The position numbers and the translations under genes were made by a program. A stretch of DNA of 64,000 bases from Candidatus Aenigmatarchaeota archaeon (GTDB lineage Archaea > Aenigmatarchaeota > Aenigmatarchaeia > QMZP01 > QMZT01), in contig CAVSBQ010000002.1 in the NCBI GenBank assembly GCA_963726265.1, positions 608,001-672,000 of the forward strand, in the 5' to 3' direction. Positions 27,560 to 37,814 of this stretch are shown piece after piece. The stretch's first letter is position 1. Each line of letters opens with the position of its first letter. Below the pieces are notes generated by a model. It did not search any database. It had not been told where the DNA came from and was given only the letters and a program-made list of their open reading frames with translations.

Positions 27560-28525
27560 ATGGCCGACATATTCAGGAAAACGAATTTCCTTTTGCTGTT
27601 ATTCGTGCTAGCAGTGCTTACAACTTCTGGTTGCATAGGTGGAACTACCAGCGGCAGCGCAGGAGGACAGGGACTGGTCATAGAGACGTTCAAGACGACG
27701 AGCGACAGCATAGAGTCTGGGGAGTCGGTTGGCCTTCAGCTCGAGGTCAGGAACATGGGCGGTTACAACGGCCAGACGGGAATAGGCGTGCCGGCAATCG
27801 CCGAAATCATGTCAATAGACCCGAACGAGTGGATGGTAACGCCAGCCACAATCGTTGACCTCGGAACACTGCTCATACCGGACACGGAGTCGCAGACGCC
27901 CGGCGGCCTGGCAAAGGCCACCTGGGAACTCGTAGCTCCGAGACTGGAAAGGGGCATAACCAAGCCGTATGCTTTGAGAGCTAGGGTATACTACCCCTAT
28001 GAGACCACCGTCGTCAGGCCAGTGTGGTTCGTGACGTCGGAGGAGCTCAGAAGGATAGTCCAGCTCGGCAACGCCCTTGAGAGCCAATCGCAGACGCAGA
28101 CGTCAGGACCGCTCACAGTGACAATCAATGCAGGCAATTTCGTGAAGGCGCAGGATTTCAGGACTTCCAAATTTCAGCTGCAGATAAGGATAGACAACAC
28201 GGGCAGCGGAGAGATAAGAGGCAAGGACTACCCGGTGGCTATATCAGTGGAATGGCCGCAGTGGGTCTCGCCGATCGGAGGCTATTGCCCGCAGCAGACG
28301 CAGTGGACAGTGCCGCTATACACCGATATTCCGGCAGGCCTTCCTCAGCCGGCAGGGACTTTCATAAAGATGTGGAACGGCAAGACGACGGACATGACAT
28401 GCGAATTCCAGATAGTTCAGCCGCCTTCAAGCAGGACAGCCGGAGACTTCAAGGTAAAGCTCGGATACATCTACTCAACAGACTCATCGACGCAGGTAAC
28501 AGTCAAGGGAATGGAAGAATTCTAA
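27560..28525 (+). CDS. Secreted lipoprotein-like protein, paralog 2
   Basis: TSGC lipobox; GLVIETF; IESGESVGLQLEVRN; YPYET; TSGPL; NTGSG; GYIY. Confidence 0.75.
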   Translation: MADIFRKTNFLLLLFVLAVLTTSGCIGGTTSGSAGGQGLVIETFKTTSDSIESGESVGLQLEVRNMGGYNGQTGIGVPAIAEIMSIDPNEWMVTPATIVDLGTLLIPDTESQTPGGLAKATWELVAPRLERGITKPYALRARVYYPYETTVVRPVWFVTSEELRRIVQLGNALESQSQTQTSGPLTVTINAGNFVKAQDFRTSKFQLQIRIDNTGSGEIRGKDYPVAISVEWPQWVSPIGGYCPQQTQWTVPLYTDIPAGLPQPAGTFIKMWNGKTTDMTCEFQIVQPPSSRTAGDFKVKLGYIYSTDSSTQVTVKGMEEF

Positions 28526-28573
28526 TTTGCATTGCTTTTTATTTGTTTTTTCAAATTATATAGTGTGGACAAC

Positions 28574-29557
28574 ATGAAGTTTATAGCCTTACTGCCGGTT
28601 TTTATTCTGGTCATGGTCTCAGGCTGCGTCATGCCATTCAACACGGATCCGTTCCAGTCCGAAACGCCAAGCGGGACAGGCGTCATAATAGAAGCCTTTG
28701 CACCGGATTTCCAGACCGTTTATTCAGGAGAGGACGTCACCTTCAGGCTTAAGGTAAAAAACACAGGCTCGATAACGGCGGAACGCGGCTTCGCCGAACT
28801 CCTCGGTATCGACCAGATATGGCTCGGGGAACAGTCACAAACCAGCGAAGGCGGGGAGATTTTTCCGAAAGAAACGCAGTGCAGATATGACACCAAGGGC
28901 ATAACCCTTCTGCCAGAGCAGACGGATGCCGGCATAACCGGCGGCGAGACGACATGCACATGGGTATACAAGGCCCCGCCCATTTCAACAGGCCTTAGCG
29001 TAAATTCGAAGCCGCGGGCAAGGTTTTACTATACTTACAAAACGTCAACCATAAAGACGATAACGCTCGTCCCGAAGTATGAGATGAAGGCCCTTCAGGA
29101 CCAGGGCAAGACGCTGCCGATCGAGGCCTACAGCACAACCAAATCGCCGATATCCATTGACATTGAGACGGCAAGCCCCATCAGAACATATGGCGATGAA
29201 ATCGGATTCCCCATAGTCATTACCGTGAAAAACGTCGGGGGCGGAACAGTCTGCCTGGACAAGAGCGACAACTGCAAAAAACCCGGAGGGGTGCAATCAA
29301 ACTCAGAATGGAACAGACTGAAGATTAACATAGTGTTGGCCAGCGACTTGGAGCTTGCGACAGGCTCCTGCAAAAAAGACGGAGAAGAAATAGTTTTCAC
29401 TGACAAAGACCCGCAGACAATCTCCTGCGTTATAATTGCCAAAAACATAGACACACAAATAGGCGTCATCCAGAAGAACATAGAGGTCGACGCGGACTAT
29501 GGTTATTTCATAGACAAAACGACGGATGTGACGGTTTATCCTTCGGCCGCGCCCTGA
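28574..29557 (+). CDS. Secreted lipoprotein-like protein, paralog 3
   Basis: VSGC lipobox; GVIIEAF; VYSGEDVTFRLKVKN; YTYKT; TKSPI; NVGGG; DYGY. Confidence 0.75.
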   Translation: MKFIALLPVFILVMVSGCVMPFNTDPFQSETPSGTGVIIEAFAPDFQTVYSGEDVTFRLKVKNTGSITAERGFAELLGIDQIWLGEQSQTSEGGEIFPKETQCRYDTKGITLLPEQTDAGITGGETTCTWVYKAPPISTGLSVNSKPRARFYYTYKTSTIKTITLVPKYEMKALQDQGKTLPIEAYSTTKSPISIDIETASPIRTYGDEIGFPIVITVKNVGGGTVCLDKSDNCKKPGGVQSNSEWNRLKINIVLASDLELATGSCKKDGEEIVFTDKDPQTISCVIIAKNIDTQIGVIQKNIEVDADYGYFIDKTTDVTVYPSAAP

Positions 29558-29577
29558 TAAGAAATAAAAGTGTTGCA

Positions 29578-30519
29578 ATGCATCTTATAAATATGCATGG
29601 CAAAAAAGCATTTTCTGTTTTTGCAATCCTGTGCCTTTTTTCTGTTTTAACAACATCCGGATGCATCAGCCAAAGCGCGGCTTCAGGCAGCGGCGTTGTG
29701 ATAGAAAATTTCGAGGTGGATTTCCAGAAGGTATACGCCAGCGAAAATTTCAAGCTGCAGGCCAAGATAAAGAACGTCGGCTCTGTGGACGCGCTTAACG
29801 TGTTCCCTGAACTTTACAACCTGCAGAGCAGCAGCCAGGAAGGCCAGCTGGAAATTTCATGCGACGGGACATGCCCAAGCGAGATCACGCTTCTCGCCCC
29901 CGATGCCGAAAGAGGAACTACCGGCGAAACCAAGACCTGTGTATGGAATTGCGTTGCGCCCGCCATACCCAAGGGCCTTTCGGTTGCGTTCAATCCGAGC
30001 GTCAGGCTTTATTACGGGTATGCCACCCACACCGTGAAATCAGTAACAATAGCCTCGCAGGACGAGCTGAGGTCAATACAGAACCAGGGCGGTGCGCTGC
30101 CGAGTGAAACCGTAAGCACGACCACGAGTCCAGTTCAACTCTCAGTGACAGTGAACGGCCCGATAAGATACCAGGAGGATGACAACAGCGTCACGTTCCC
30201 GATAAACATAGGCATACAAAACACCGGCGGCGGCACGGCCTGCGCCGGGAACGGCTGCATGGACACCAAAAACTGGAACAAGGTCAACATATTATTCGAC
30301 CGCGGGGACGATACTTCAATCGGGCTGAAATCATGCAGCATGGATTCTGAAGAGGAAGTGCCAATAGATTTATGGAAAGGCCAGTCAGCGACGCTCACGT
30401 GCGAGATTGAGATAAACGTCCAGGAAGCTGCAAGCCTTGTGCAGAAAAACCTGAAATTCAGCATATATTATGATTATTTCACCGATACCTCGACGAGCAT
30501 AGAAGTCTCAGGCAGATAA
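29578..30519 (+). CDS. Secreted lipoprotein-like protein, paralog 4
   Basis: TSGC lipobox; GVVIENF; VYASENFKLQAKIKN; YGYAT; TTSPV; NTGGG; YYDY. Confidence 0.75.
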   Translation: MHLINMHGKKAFSVFAILCLFSVLTTSGCISQSAASGSGVVIENFEVDFQKVYASENFKLQAKIKNVGSVDALNVFPELYNLQSSSQEGQLEISCDGTCPSEITLLAPDAERGTTGETKTCVWNCVAPAIPKGLSVAFNPSVRLYYGYATHTVKSVTIASQDELRSIQNQGGALPSETVSTTTSPVQLSVTVNGPIRYQEDDNSVTFPINIGIQNTGGGTACAGNGCMDTKNWNKVNILFDRGDDTSIGLKSCSMDSEEEVPIDLWKGQSATLTCEIEINVQEAASLVQKNLKFSIYYDYFTDTSTSIEVSGR

Positions 30520-30540
30520 ACCATCCAAATGCGGCATGTC

Positions 30541-31806
30541 CTAGAAATCGCCCAATGTCTTCTGCGGTTTTTTATCAAGTCTATGCCTTGCTGCGCTTCC
30601 CTTGCCTGAGTCAAGCTCGCCATAAACGCCGTCATAGCCTGGCTTTATCTTTATCCTGCCGTTCCTGACCATGATTATCATCTCTGCGATTTTTTCCTTC
30701 GTGATTTTTTTAAGCCCTTCTTCGCTCGCTTCCGCCAGCACGTTGAGCTCGGAGCCGAAGGCATTAACGAGCTTGCTGTATTCCTCCCACACCCTGGCCG
30801 AGGCCGCATGCGTTCCGCTGACAGCTGCTATTATTTCAGAGAGTGGAAGAAGGGAACGGAACGGCTTCGCCCCCATTGGCACGAAACCCGCAGGGCGTTC
30901 AGCATCAGCAAGTTCCTCGACCCTGTGCAGCACGCCTATCGTCAGCGGCTTCCTGCACACGGGGCAGATGTTGCGCAGCTTTATGCTCTCTCCCGGTTCC
31001 AGCGATACGTTGCAGTCGCGATGGCCGTCGTAATGGTATTTGCCATAGGATGGGTTAACCTCAAGCGTTTCAACCAGGCCATCCTTCGTCCTCAGCGCCT
31101 TGATCATGTTGTCGTATGTAAGCTCTTTCAGTTCGAAAACAGTAGCCTCTCTTCCTATGCGCCATGGCCAGAATGAATGAGAGTCTGAGAATGAAACCAG
31201 CGCGAATCTGTCGAGCTGCGAAAGCCTCCAGTTCATCGCGGGGTCGGATGACAATCCCGTTTCGAGTGCATGGATGTTTTTGGTCTGGTCTTTGAAACAG
31301 TCCTCGATGCGGTCGAAGCCCGATTTCGAGCCGAACAGCGAAAACCACGGGGTCCAGATGTGGGCTGGTATGATTTCATTTCTGGGGCTTATCTCCTTGA
31401 GCATTTCAACCAGTTCATGAGCCGGAATGCCGCATATGGGCCTGCCGTCCGATGCGATATTTACCTTCTTTCTCATTAGAGCTGAATTTATCTGCTCGGC
31501 AGTCTCAAGGTCTGGCGAAAGAATTATGTTGTGGATTCTCCTCAGTGCCTTGTCCTGCATGTAGATGCTGGATATCTCACCTGAGAGAATGAACGGGAAA
31601 CCTTCACGCGTTCTGAGGATGCCGCTTCCGTCTTCATGCAGTTCTCCCCTTATTTCATCCAGCCATGAAGGATGCGTGAAGTCGCCGGTTCCCAGGAGGC
31701 CTATGCCCTTCATTTTCGCGTATTTCACAAGATTATCTATGCTAAGCTCGCTGCTGGTTGCCCTTGAAAAGCGTGAATGAATGTGAAGGTCGGCTGCGAA
31801 TTTCAT
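30541..31806 (-). CDS. Endonuclease Q family protein (PHP domain plus Zn finger)
   Basis: DLHIHSRFSRATS, GTGDFTHP, PAHIWTPWFS, ETGLSSDP, SDSHS, GKYHYDGHRDC..CPVC, PGYDGVYG. Confidence 0.9.
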   Translation of the reverse strand: MKFAADLHIHSRFSRATSSELSIDNLVKYAKMKGIGLLGTGDFTHPSWLDEIRGELHEDGSGILRTREGFPFILSGEISSIYMQDKALRRIHNIILSPDLETAEQINSALMRKKVNIASDGRPICGIPAHELVEMLKEISPRNEIIPAHIWTPWFSLFGSKSGFDRIEDCFKDQTKNIHALETGLSSDPAMNWRLSQLDRFALVSFSDSHSFWPWRIGREATVFELKELTYDNMIKALRTKDGLVETLEVNPSYGKYHYDGHRDCNVSLEPGESIKLRNICPVCRKPLTIGVLHRVEELADAERPAGFVPMGAKPFRSLLPLSEIIAAVSGTHAASARVWEEYSKLVNAFGSELNVLAEASEEGLKKITKEKIAEMIIMVRNGRIKIKPGYDGVYGELDSGKGSAARHRLDKKPQKTLGDF

Positions 31807-31849
31807 AGTGACCATGAAAATAAGTGTAAACAATCGTTAAAAATATGAA

Positions 31850-31970
31850 TGGGCTCGCGGGGAGTCGAACCCCGGGCCTCCGGCTTTCCTAGTTAATAGG
31901 TCAAAGCATATCAGGCTAACGCCTGAAGGTCTTATAAGACCGGCGCTCTAACCAGCTGAGCTACGAGCCC
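31850..31970 (-). tRNA. tRNA-Ile(UAU) with a 47-nt intron at position 37/38 (31886-31932)
   Basis: GGGCTCG/CGAGCCC acceptor, D arm GCTC..GAGC, anticodon stem CCGGT/GCCGG with loop CT-TAT-A^A, T arm CGGGG-TTCGACT-CCCCG; BHB-type helix CUUA/UAGG with 3-nt bulges; 74 nt mature, no encoded CCA. Confidence 0.9.
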
Positions 31971-32227
31971 ACCCATCGAAAGACAGCCTGAATCATAAAC
32001 CCAAGTTGTCAATCGCTATTCACGAAGGACAGCTTCTTTAAGAATGCCAAGCCGTCGTTATATTCAACTATATTGAGATAGCCGTTTAAATTGCTTGCAT
32101 GCCCAATATAGCTGCAGAATGTTGAGAATAAAATTTATAAATAACCCATATATAATCTCTATATCTCTGGTTTCATTATAAACCGATATACGTAATGATT
32201 AAAGGAGAATAAAAAAGAGGTGATGAT

Positions 32228-33868
32228 ATGAATGGAGCACAGTCGGTTCAGCCGATTTTTATACTACCCGAAGGAACAATGAGGACGAAGGGCAGGGAGG
32301 CGCACAAGAACAACATCACAGCGGCAAAGCTCGTTGCGGATGCCGTGCGCACCACGCTTGGCCCCAAGGGAATGGACAAGATGCTTGTCGATTCGCTGGG
32401 AGACATTACGATAACGAATGACGGAGCGACTATCCTGAAGGAGATGCAGATAGAGCATCCAGCGGCGAAAATGATGGTCGAGGTCGCCAAGACGCAGGAC
32501 GAGGCGGTCGGCGACGGCACGACAACGGCGGTCATAATTGCGGGTGAGCTTCTTGCGGAGGCCGAAAAGCTTCTGGAGCAGCAGATACATCCGACGGTCG
32601 TCACCAAAGGCTTCAGGCTTGCAAAAATAAAAGCGCTGGAAGTGGTGGAAAAGCTGGCGAAGAAGGTCACGATAGAGAACGAGGATACGCTCAAGAAACT
32701 GGCGAACACCGCCATGACAGGCAAGTCTGCTGAAAGGGCGTCGGAAAGGCTTTCAGACCTTGCTGTCAAAGCTGTCAAAAGGATAGCAGAGGTCAAGGAA
32801 GGAAAAGTCTACATCGACACGGACAATATTAAAATAGAGAAGAAGCAGGGCGGCTCTATGGCAGACACGGAACTCATAGACGGCATAGTCCTGGACAAGG
32901 AGATTGTCCATTCGGCCATGCCGAAGAGGCTCGAAAAGGCCAAGATAGCGCTTCTGGATTCCGCGCTCGAAATCAAGGAGCTTGAAGGCGACGCCAAGAT
33001 AAGCATAGATTCGCCCGAGAAGCTCCAGGCATTCCTGGACGACGAGGAGCGGATGCTGAAGTCCATGGCCGACATAGTGATCAGATCAGGCGCCAATGTA
33101 GTTTTCTGTCAGAAAGGCATAGACGACATGGCGCAGCACTACCTCGCGAAGGCAGGCATAATGGCTGCAAGAAGGGTCAAAAAATCAGACATGGACAAGC
33201 TGGCAAGAGCGACTGGCGCGAAGGTCGTTACGAGCATAAAGGACCTGGGCAAGAGCGACCTTGGCTACGCCGGCTTGGTGGAAGAAAAGAAAATCGCCGG
33301 AGAAGAGATGACTTTCGTCGAGAAATGCAAGGAGCCGAAGGCTGTGACCATCCTCATCCGCGGCGGCAGCGAGCACGTGATTGACGAGGTTGAGCGCGCC
33401 GTGGAAGACGCCGTCAAAGGCGTCGCATCGGCGCTTGAACTTGGGAAAATAGTTGCCGGCGGCGGAGCAGTCGAGATCGAGCTCGCGAGGCAGCTGAGAA
33501 AATACGCGGATACTTTCAAGGGCAGGGAGCAGCTCGCCATAAACGCCTTTGCCAATGCACTGGAGGTTGTCCCGAAAAGCCTAGCCGAAAACGCAGGCCT
33601 TGACCCGATAGACAAGCTTGCGTTGCTGAGATCCGAGCACGACAAAAACAGGTTGTCAGCAGGCCTTGACGTCTTCACGGGCAACGTGCAGGACATGGCC
33701 GCGCTTGGCGTGATAGAACCGCTTAAAATAAAGGTACAGGCCATAAAGAGCGCCAGCGAGGTAGCGGAGATGATACTCAGGATTGACGACATAATCACCT
33801 CGAGCGGCCATGGCGACAGGAAAATGCCGCAGATGCCGGGCGCTGGCGAGATGGGCGGGGAATACTAA
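32228..33868 (+). CDS. ths: Thermosome (group II chaperonin) subunit
   Basis: [37 protein letters not shown]. Confidence 0.97.
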   Translation: MNGAQSVQPIFILPEGTMRTKGREAHKNNITAAKLVADAVRTTLGPKGMDKMLVDSLGDITITNDGATILKEMQIEHPAAKMMVEVAKTQDEAVGDGTTTAVIIAGELLAEAEKLLEQQIHPTVVTKGFRLAKIKALEVVEKLAKKVTIENEDTLKKLANTAMTGKSAERASERLSDLAVKAVKRIAEVKEGKVYIDTDNIKIEKKQGGSMADTELIDGIVLDKEIVHSAMPKRLEKAKIALLDSALEIKELEGDAKISIDSPEKLQAFLDDEERMLKSMADIVIRSGANVVFCQKGIDDMAQHYLAKAGIMAARRVKKSDMDKLARATGAKVVTSIKDLGKSDLGYAGLVEEKKIAGEEMTFVEKCKEPKAVTILIRGGSEHVIDEVERAVEDAVKGVASALELGKIVAGGGAVEIELARQLRKYADTFKGREQLAINAFANALEVVPKSLAENAGLDPIDKLALLRSEHDKNRLSAGLDVFTGNVQDMAALGVIEPLKIKVQAIKSASEVAEMILRIDDIITSSGHGDRKMPQMPGAGEMGGEY

Positions 33869-33870
33869 AA

Positions 33871-33904
33871 AGACTGCCGGGTGCAGTCTGCCCCTTTATT
33901 TTTT
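33871..33904 (+). terminator. Hairpin plus T-rich tract after thermosome
   Basis: AGACTGC-CGGGT-GCAGTCT followed by GCCCCTTTATTTTT. Confidence 0.4.
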
Positions 33905-33940
33905 AAGATATTTATATTAGGATAGAGCCAAATATTTACT

Positions 33941-34453
33941 ATGACACCAGATATCGCCAGTTCGGATGAGGAATTTGAGATAATACCGACATCGCCTATC
34001 AGAAGGCTTGAAAAAAGAATGGAGAAGGTTGAGGGCGGAACGTATTCTTCAGAGGTCCGCAGGCTCGTGGAACAGGTTGTAGACCTCATAAAGGCGAACC
34101 AGAAAATCATCGACAGCACTATAAGGGCGAACAACGACCTCATAACAGAGGTATCCAAGCTTCCGAAGAAGATGGACGACCTTATTCTGGAGATGAGGGA
34201 GTTCATGAAGCTCCTTAAGGTATCCGCCGAGGAAGAGGAAGTATCGAACGTTTCGAAGGAGGTCATGACGCCGCTTGTCGACAAGCTCTCTGAACTCATA
34301 GATCAGAACAAGAAAAATTTCGAGACAAACCAGGCCGTTTTGACGACGCTGGGCATCATAGAAAAAAGACTGAAAAGATTCTATGCCCCGGCAGGACCAC
34401 CGCCAATGGCACCGGTAAGGCCGTCAACCGACTACAGGTCAGAGCTAAGATAA
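33941..34453 (+). CDS. Hypothetical coiled-coil protein
   Basis: 170-aa ORF with upstream TATA-like TTTATA, heptad-rich helices and Pro-rich tail. Confidence 0.7.
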   Translation: MTPDIASSDEEFEIIPTSPIRRLEKRMEKVEGGTYSSEVRRLVEQVVDLIKANQKIIDSTIRANNDLITEVSKLPKKMDDLILEMREFMKLLKVSAEEEEVSNVSKEVMTPLVDKLSELIDQNKKNFETNQAVLTTLGIIEKRLKRFYAPAGPPPMAPVRPSTDYRSELR

Positions 34454-34499
34454 GGCGCCTAAACACATCACGTTCATCATAAAATTGGGAGGTTAAAAA

Positions 34500-34928
34500 A
34501 TGAAGGGAATAACGCCAATAATATCGGTAATAATCCTTTTGCTGATAACAATAGGCCTTGCGTCAGCAGCATGGACATACATGAGCGGCTACATGAACAG
34601 CCTTACTTCAAGGGTTCTGGAGATATCGCCGGCAAGCTGCATAGGCGGAACGCAGGTCACGTTCCTTGTAAGAAATGCAGGCACCAACAACATAGGCGGC
34701 GACAGCATAAAAGCCATGAACCTCAACAGCGGCGCGGCAGAAGCTCTCACATGGCAATACCTGAATGGCACCGATGTCACGTCGCCCATAATCGAATCAG
34801 GTTCAACTATCAGGGCAAAAATAACCAACCCATGCACAACCGCTGGCGTAGCCAAAACATGCGAATATGAATTAACGCTTATCGGTTCGACATGGAAACA
34901 GGAGATACCGGTAGCCTGCACGGGTTAA
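34500..34928 (+). CDS. Archaeal type IV pilin
   Basis: MKG/ITPIISVIILLLITI class III signal; VRNAG; GGAGG RBS. Confidence 0.88.
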   Translation: MKGITPIISVIILLLITIGLASAAWTYMSGYMNSLTSRVLEISPASCIGGTQVTFLVRNAGTNNIGGDSIKAMNLNSGAAEALTWQYLNGTDVTSPIIESGSTIRAKITNPCTTAGVAKTCEYELTLIGSTWKQEIPVACTG

Positions 34929-34948
34929 TTTTTTCCGCTTATTTTATC

Positions 34949-37783
34949 TTATTTTTCACTTTTAAACTTATCTATATCGAGCTTACCCTGAGCTAGCCTT
35001 CCCCTTCCGCCGCCCGAGCCGCAGCACTTTTTGCAGAGGGTTTTCACTTTTTCGGATATGTCTGTGCGTTCGCTCATGCCGACCACGTCGCCGTTTTTAT
35101 TTATCAGGATTACTGTCAGCTCAGGGTGCCCAGAAACAATGGAATCGGAAAGCTTTATCATCTCATTCCTGTCCATGTCGACAATTTCGAATATCTCGTT
35201 ATTTCTCGCCCTTTTCAAGAAATTTTCCAATTCAGAGCCAGCCTTCTCACTTGACAATTTTTCCAACTCCTTTTTCAGGTTTTTCCACAGCTCAAAGACA
35301 ACATTGCATGCTTCCTTCATGCTTTTGGCGCTTCTTTTTTTTGGTACCATTCTCAATTTTTTATTGCAGGCATCTATTTCACCCGTGAATTTTTTCACGG
35401 TTTTGCCGACCTGTTCCACCGGCACAGAGAAGCACTCCGCACATTCCCTCAGCTGCCTGGACGTATTGTTGTCCGGCCTGAAGGCAGCAAACCTTCCCAA
35501 CTCTCTGGCAATATCATCAAGCATGACACTTTCCTTGTCTGATATCTTGTTGGCTTCCTCGCCGGCAGTGAATTCTATCCTGTCGATGCCGTCCTGGATT
35601 CTGGTCGTTTTCAGTATCTTTATCCTTCCGACTTCTCTGGTGCTGTTCAGATGCGTTCCGCCGCATGCTTCGACATCAATGCCATGGATATTGACTATCC
35701 TCAGAAGCCTGCCCGGGACCGCCCCGCCCTGATAAATTCTCATGCCGAACCTTTTTTCAGCCTCGTTTCTCGGAATAAGAAGCTTTTCGACTTTAATGCC
35801 GCTTTCGACCATTTTGTTGGCCGTCTCCTCTATCTTCTTTACGTCCTCGGCTGTCAGGGGCTGATAGTGAGTTATGTCAAGGTGCGACTTCTCCTCGGTT
35901 TTCTTGGCCCCGGCCTGGTTTATGTGGTTGCCGAGGATTTTTTTCGCGGCTGCGTTCAGTATGTGTGTTGCCGTGTGCTGCTGGGAGAGCTTGAATCTTC
36001 TTGCCTGGTTTATTTTGCACGCCACTTCGTCACCTGCTTTAAGGCCGTGTTTTTTGTCAAGTTTGTGCACGATTATGCCTCCCTGTTTCAGGACTGCCGT
36101 AACGTCATGGCCATTTATAGTGCCAATGTCATGCAGCTGCCCCCCAGATGTGGGGTAGAATGCTGTCCGGTCAAGAATGGCATACTCGCCCAGCACCCTG
36201 AGGATTTTCGCGTGGAAATCGGCAACCCTGTAGTCATCGTAATACAGAATCTCCGTATCTGGAACTCCGTCAAGCGGCAGTCTTTTGCCAGCGCCGGTTT
36301 CGGCAACCTGCGTCGTTTTTTCATGCAGCTCCGATACCCTGGAGTAAAAATCATCAGGTATCTTTATTTTCTTGCCGCGCCTTTGGAGTTCGTCCCTTAT
36401 CATTTCCGGAGGGATGCCGTGGCTGTCATAAAGTTTAAGGAGTCTTTTTTCATCGATGCCTTCCTTCATCAGCTTGCCCACAATCCTTGCCGAATTCGTC
36501 CGCGTGGTTTCATATTTCCTTTCCTCAACGCCGATTATTTTCATGACGTCTTCAAGATTTTCTGTCAGTTCCGGGAAAATGGGCCTGAGATGGGCGGCAT
36601 GCAGTTCACATATCTTCGGCAGTTCTATGCTCCATCCGTATTTGTCTTTGAACATCATGGCCCTTCTTGCCAGCATCCTGAGGTTGTAGCCGCCGCCCAC
36701 GTTGCTCGGCAGGCCGCCGTCGGCCAAAGCAAAAAGCAGGCTCCTCATGTGCTCCGCTATCGAATAAATGCCGGAAAGCGGCATTATGAAATTTTTGAGT
36801 TCGTTAACGTCGGTGCCAACCCTTGCCGCGACAAGCCTCCAGGCTTTCTCCACGTTTTCAATCTCATCCAAATTCAGCAGCCCGGCATGGGGTATGTATT
36901 TTTTCATCAGCTGCCGGTCTATCTTGATGCCGGTTTTCGACAGGAGTTTTTCGATTACGGCCGGGAAGGTCGCATCGTAGATGGTTTCGCATCCCTGGGA
37001 GAACCACGCATTTCTTTCCTGCCCCATGCCCATGTCGAGCACCTTTATGTCAAGTTCCTTGTTGCCGGAAGGCGTTTGCTCATAAAGCATGTAAACCTGG
37101 TTTCCGAGCTCGCAGCCGCGCGAAAAGAATTCCATACACGGCCCGAAATTCCCTCCGCCTGCCCAGGCATCCTCGTGGAATATTATGTCATCCCTCGCAA
37201 GGCCAAGGCCCTTGCTGAGCCAAACGTAAATATCCCTGAATATCCTGTTCTGGTCCCAGGCTTCAGGCTTTACGAACATGTGCTGGCCTATCATGACGAA
37301 ACCCGTGTTGTGCGACTGCGTGATGCCAACGTTGTCTATGTCATTGAACCTCAGGCAAAACTGCGGGATGACTAGGGGATTTGCGGGCGGTTCGACCTCG
37401 CCTGATATCACATATGGCTGGAATGCCGCTATTGACGCATTTGTATATTCCACCGTTGGATTCCACCTCGCGACTACAGGATAGCGTTTTATCGGTGTGT
37501 AACCAAGGCCTTTGAACATCCTAGAAAATTCCTGCCATACCTCGACATAACCAAGTTTTCTTTTGGCAGGAGTGTTGCCGATGAATGAGAAGCCTTCACC
37601 GCTGCATATGGGATCGCCGCATACCTTTCTTTCGGCGTCCGTTGACCAGAAGGGTTTTTTGCATCTGGCGCATATCTTTCTGGCAAAACCCTCTTCTATA
37701 AGAACTGAGGTTGCATAATATTTTTCAGGCTTCGACCAGAACTTCGGCTTGAACTCCTTTTTGATTTCCTTATCCGGCTTCAT
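34949..37783 (-). CDS. alaS: Alanyl-tRNA synthetase (archaeal type, with editing domain)
   Basis: CARCKKPFWS, RYPVVARW, QFCLRFNDIDNVG, DMGMGQER, HTATH, ACGGTH, GSGGG. Confidence 0.96.
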   Translation of the reverse strand: MKPDKEIKKEFKPKFWSKPEKYYATSVLIEEGFARKICARCKKPFWSTDAERKVCGDPICSGEGFSFIGNTPAKRKLGYVEVWQEFSRMFKGLGYTPIKRYPVVARWNPTVEYTNASIAAFQPYVISGEVEPPANPLVIPQFCLRFNDIDNVGITQSHNTGFVMIGQHMFVKPEAWDQNRIFRDIYVWLSKGLGLARDDIIFHEDAWAGGGNFGPCMEFFSRGCELGNQVYMLYEQTPSGNKELDIKVLDMGMGQERNAWFSQGCETIYDATFPAVIEKLLSKTGIKIDRQLMKKYIPHAGLLNLDEIENVEKAWRLVAARVGTDVNELKNFIMPLSGIYSIAEHMRSLLFALADGGLPSNVGGGYNLRMLARRAMMFKDKYGWSIELPKICELHAAHLRPIFPELTENLEDVMKIIGVEERKYETTRTNSARIVGKLMKEGIDEKRLLKLYDSHGIPPEMIRDELQRRGKKIKIPDDFYSRVSELHEKTTQVAETGAGKRLPLDGVPDTEILYYDDYRVADFHAKILRVLGEYAILDRTAFYPTSGGQLHDIGTINGHDVTAVLKQGGIIVHKLDKKHGLKAGDEVACKINQARRFKLSQQHTATHILNAAAKKILGNHINQAGAKKTEEKSHLDITHYQPLTAEDVKKIEETANKMVESGIKVEKLLIPRNEAEKRFGMRIYQGGAVPGRLLRIVNIHGIDVEACGGTHLNSTREVGRIKILKTTRIQDGIDRIEFTAGEEANKISDKESVMLDDIARELGRFAAFRPDNNTSRQLRECAECFSVPVEQVGKTVKKFTGEIDACNKKLRMVPKKRSAKSMKEACNVVFELWKNLKKELEKLSSEKAGSELENFLKRARNNEIFEIVDMDRNEMIKLSDSIVSGHPELTVILINKNGDVVGMSERTDISEKVKTLCKKCCGSGGGRGRLAQGKLDIDKFKSEK

Positions 37784-37814
37784 AATTTATTATTTCTCTG
37801 TTAACTGCTTTAAA

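Noticed and set aside
31850..32227. Integrated element at tRNA-Ile or tRNA-Arg
   Set aside because: No integrase and no duplicated tRNA 3' end seen; flanks are housekeeping genes
35651..37375. 574-aa plus-strand ORF
   Set aside because: Antisense shadow of alaS
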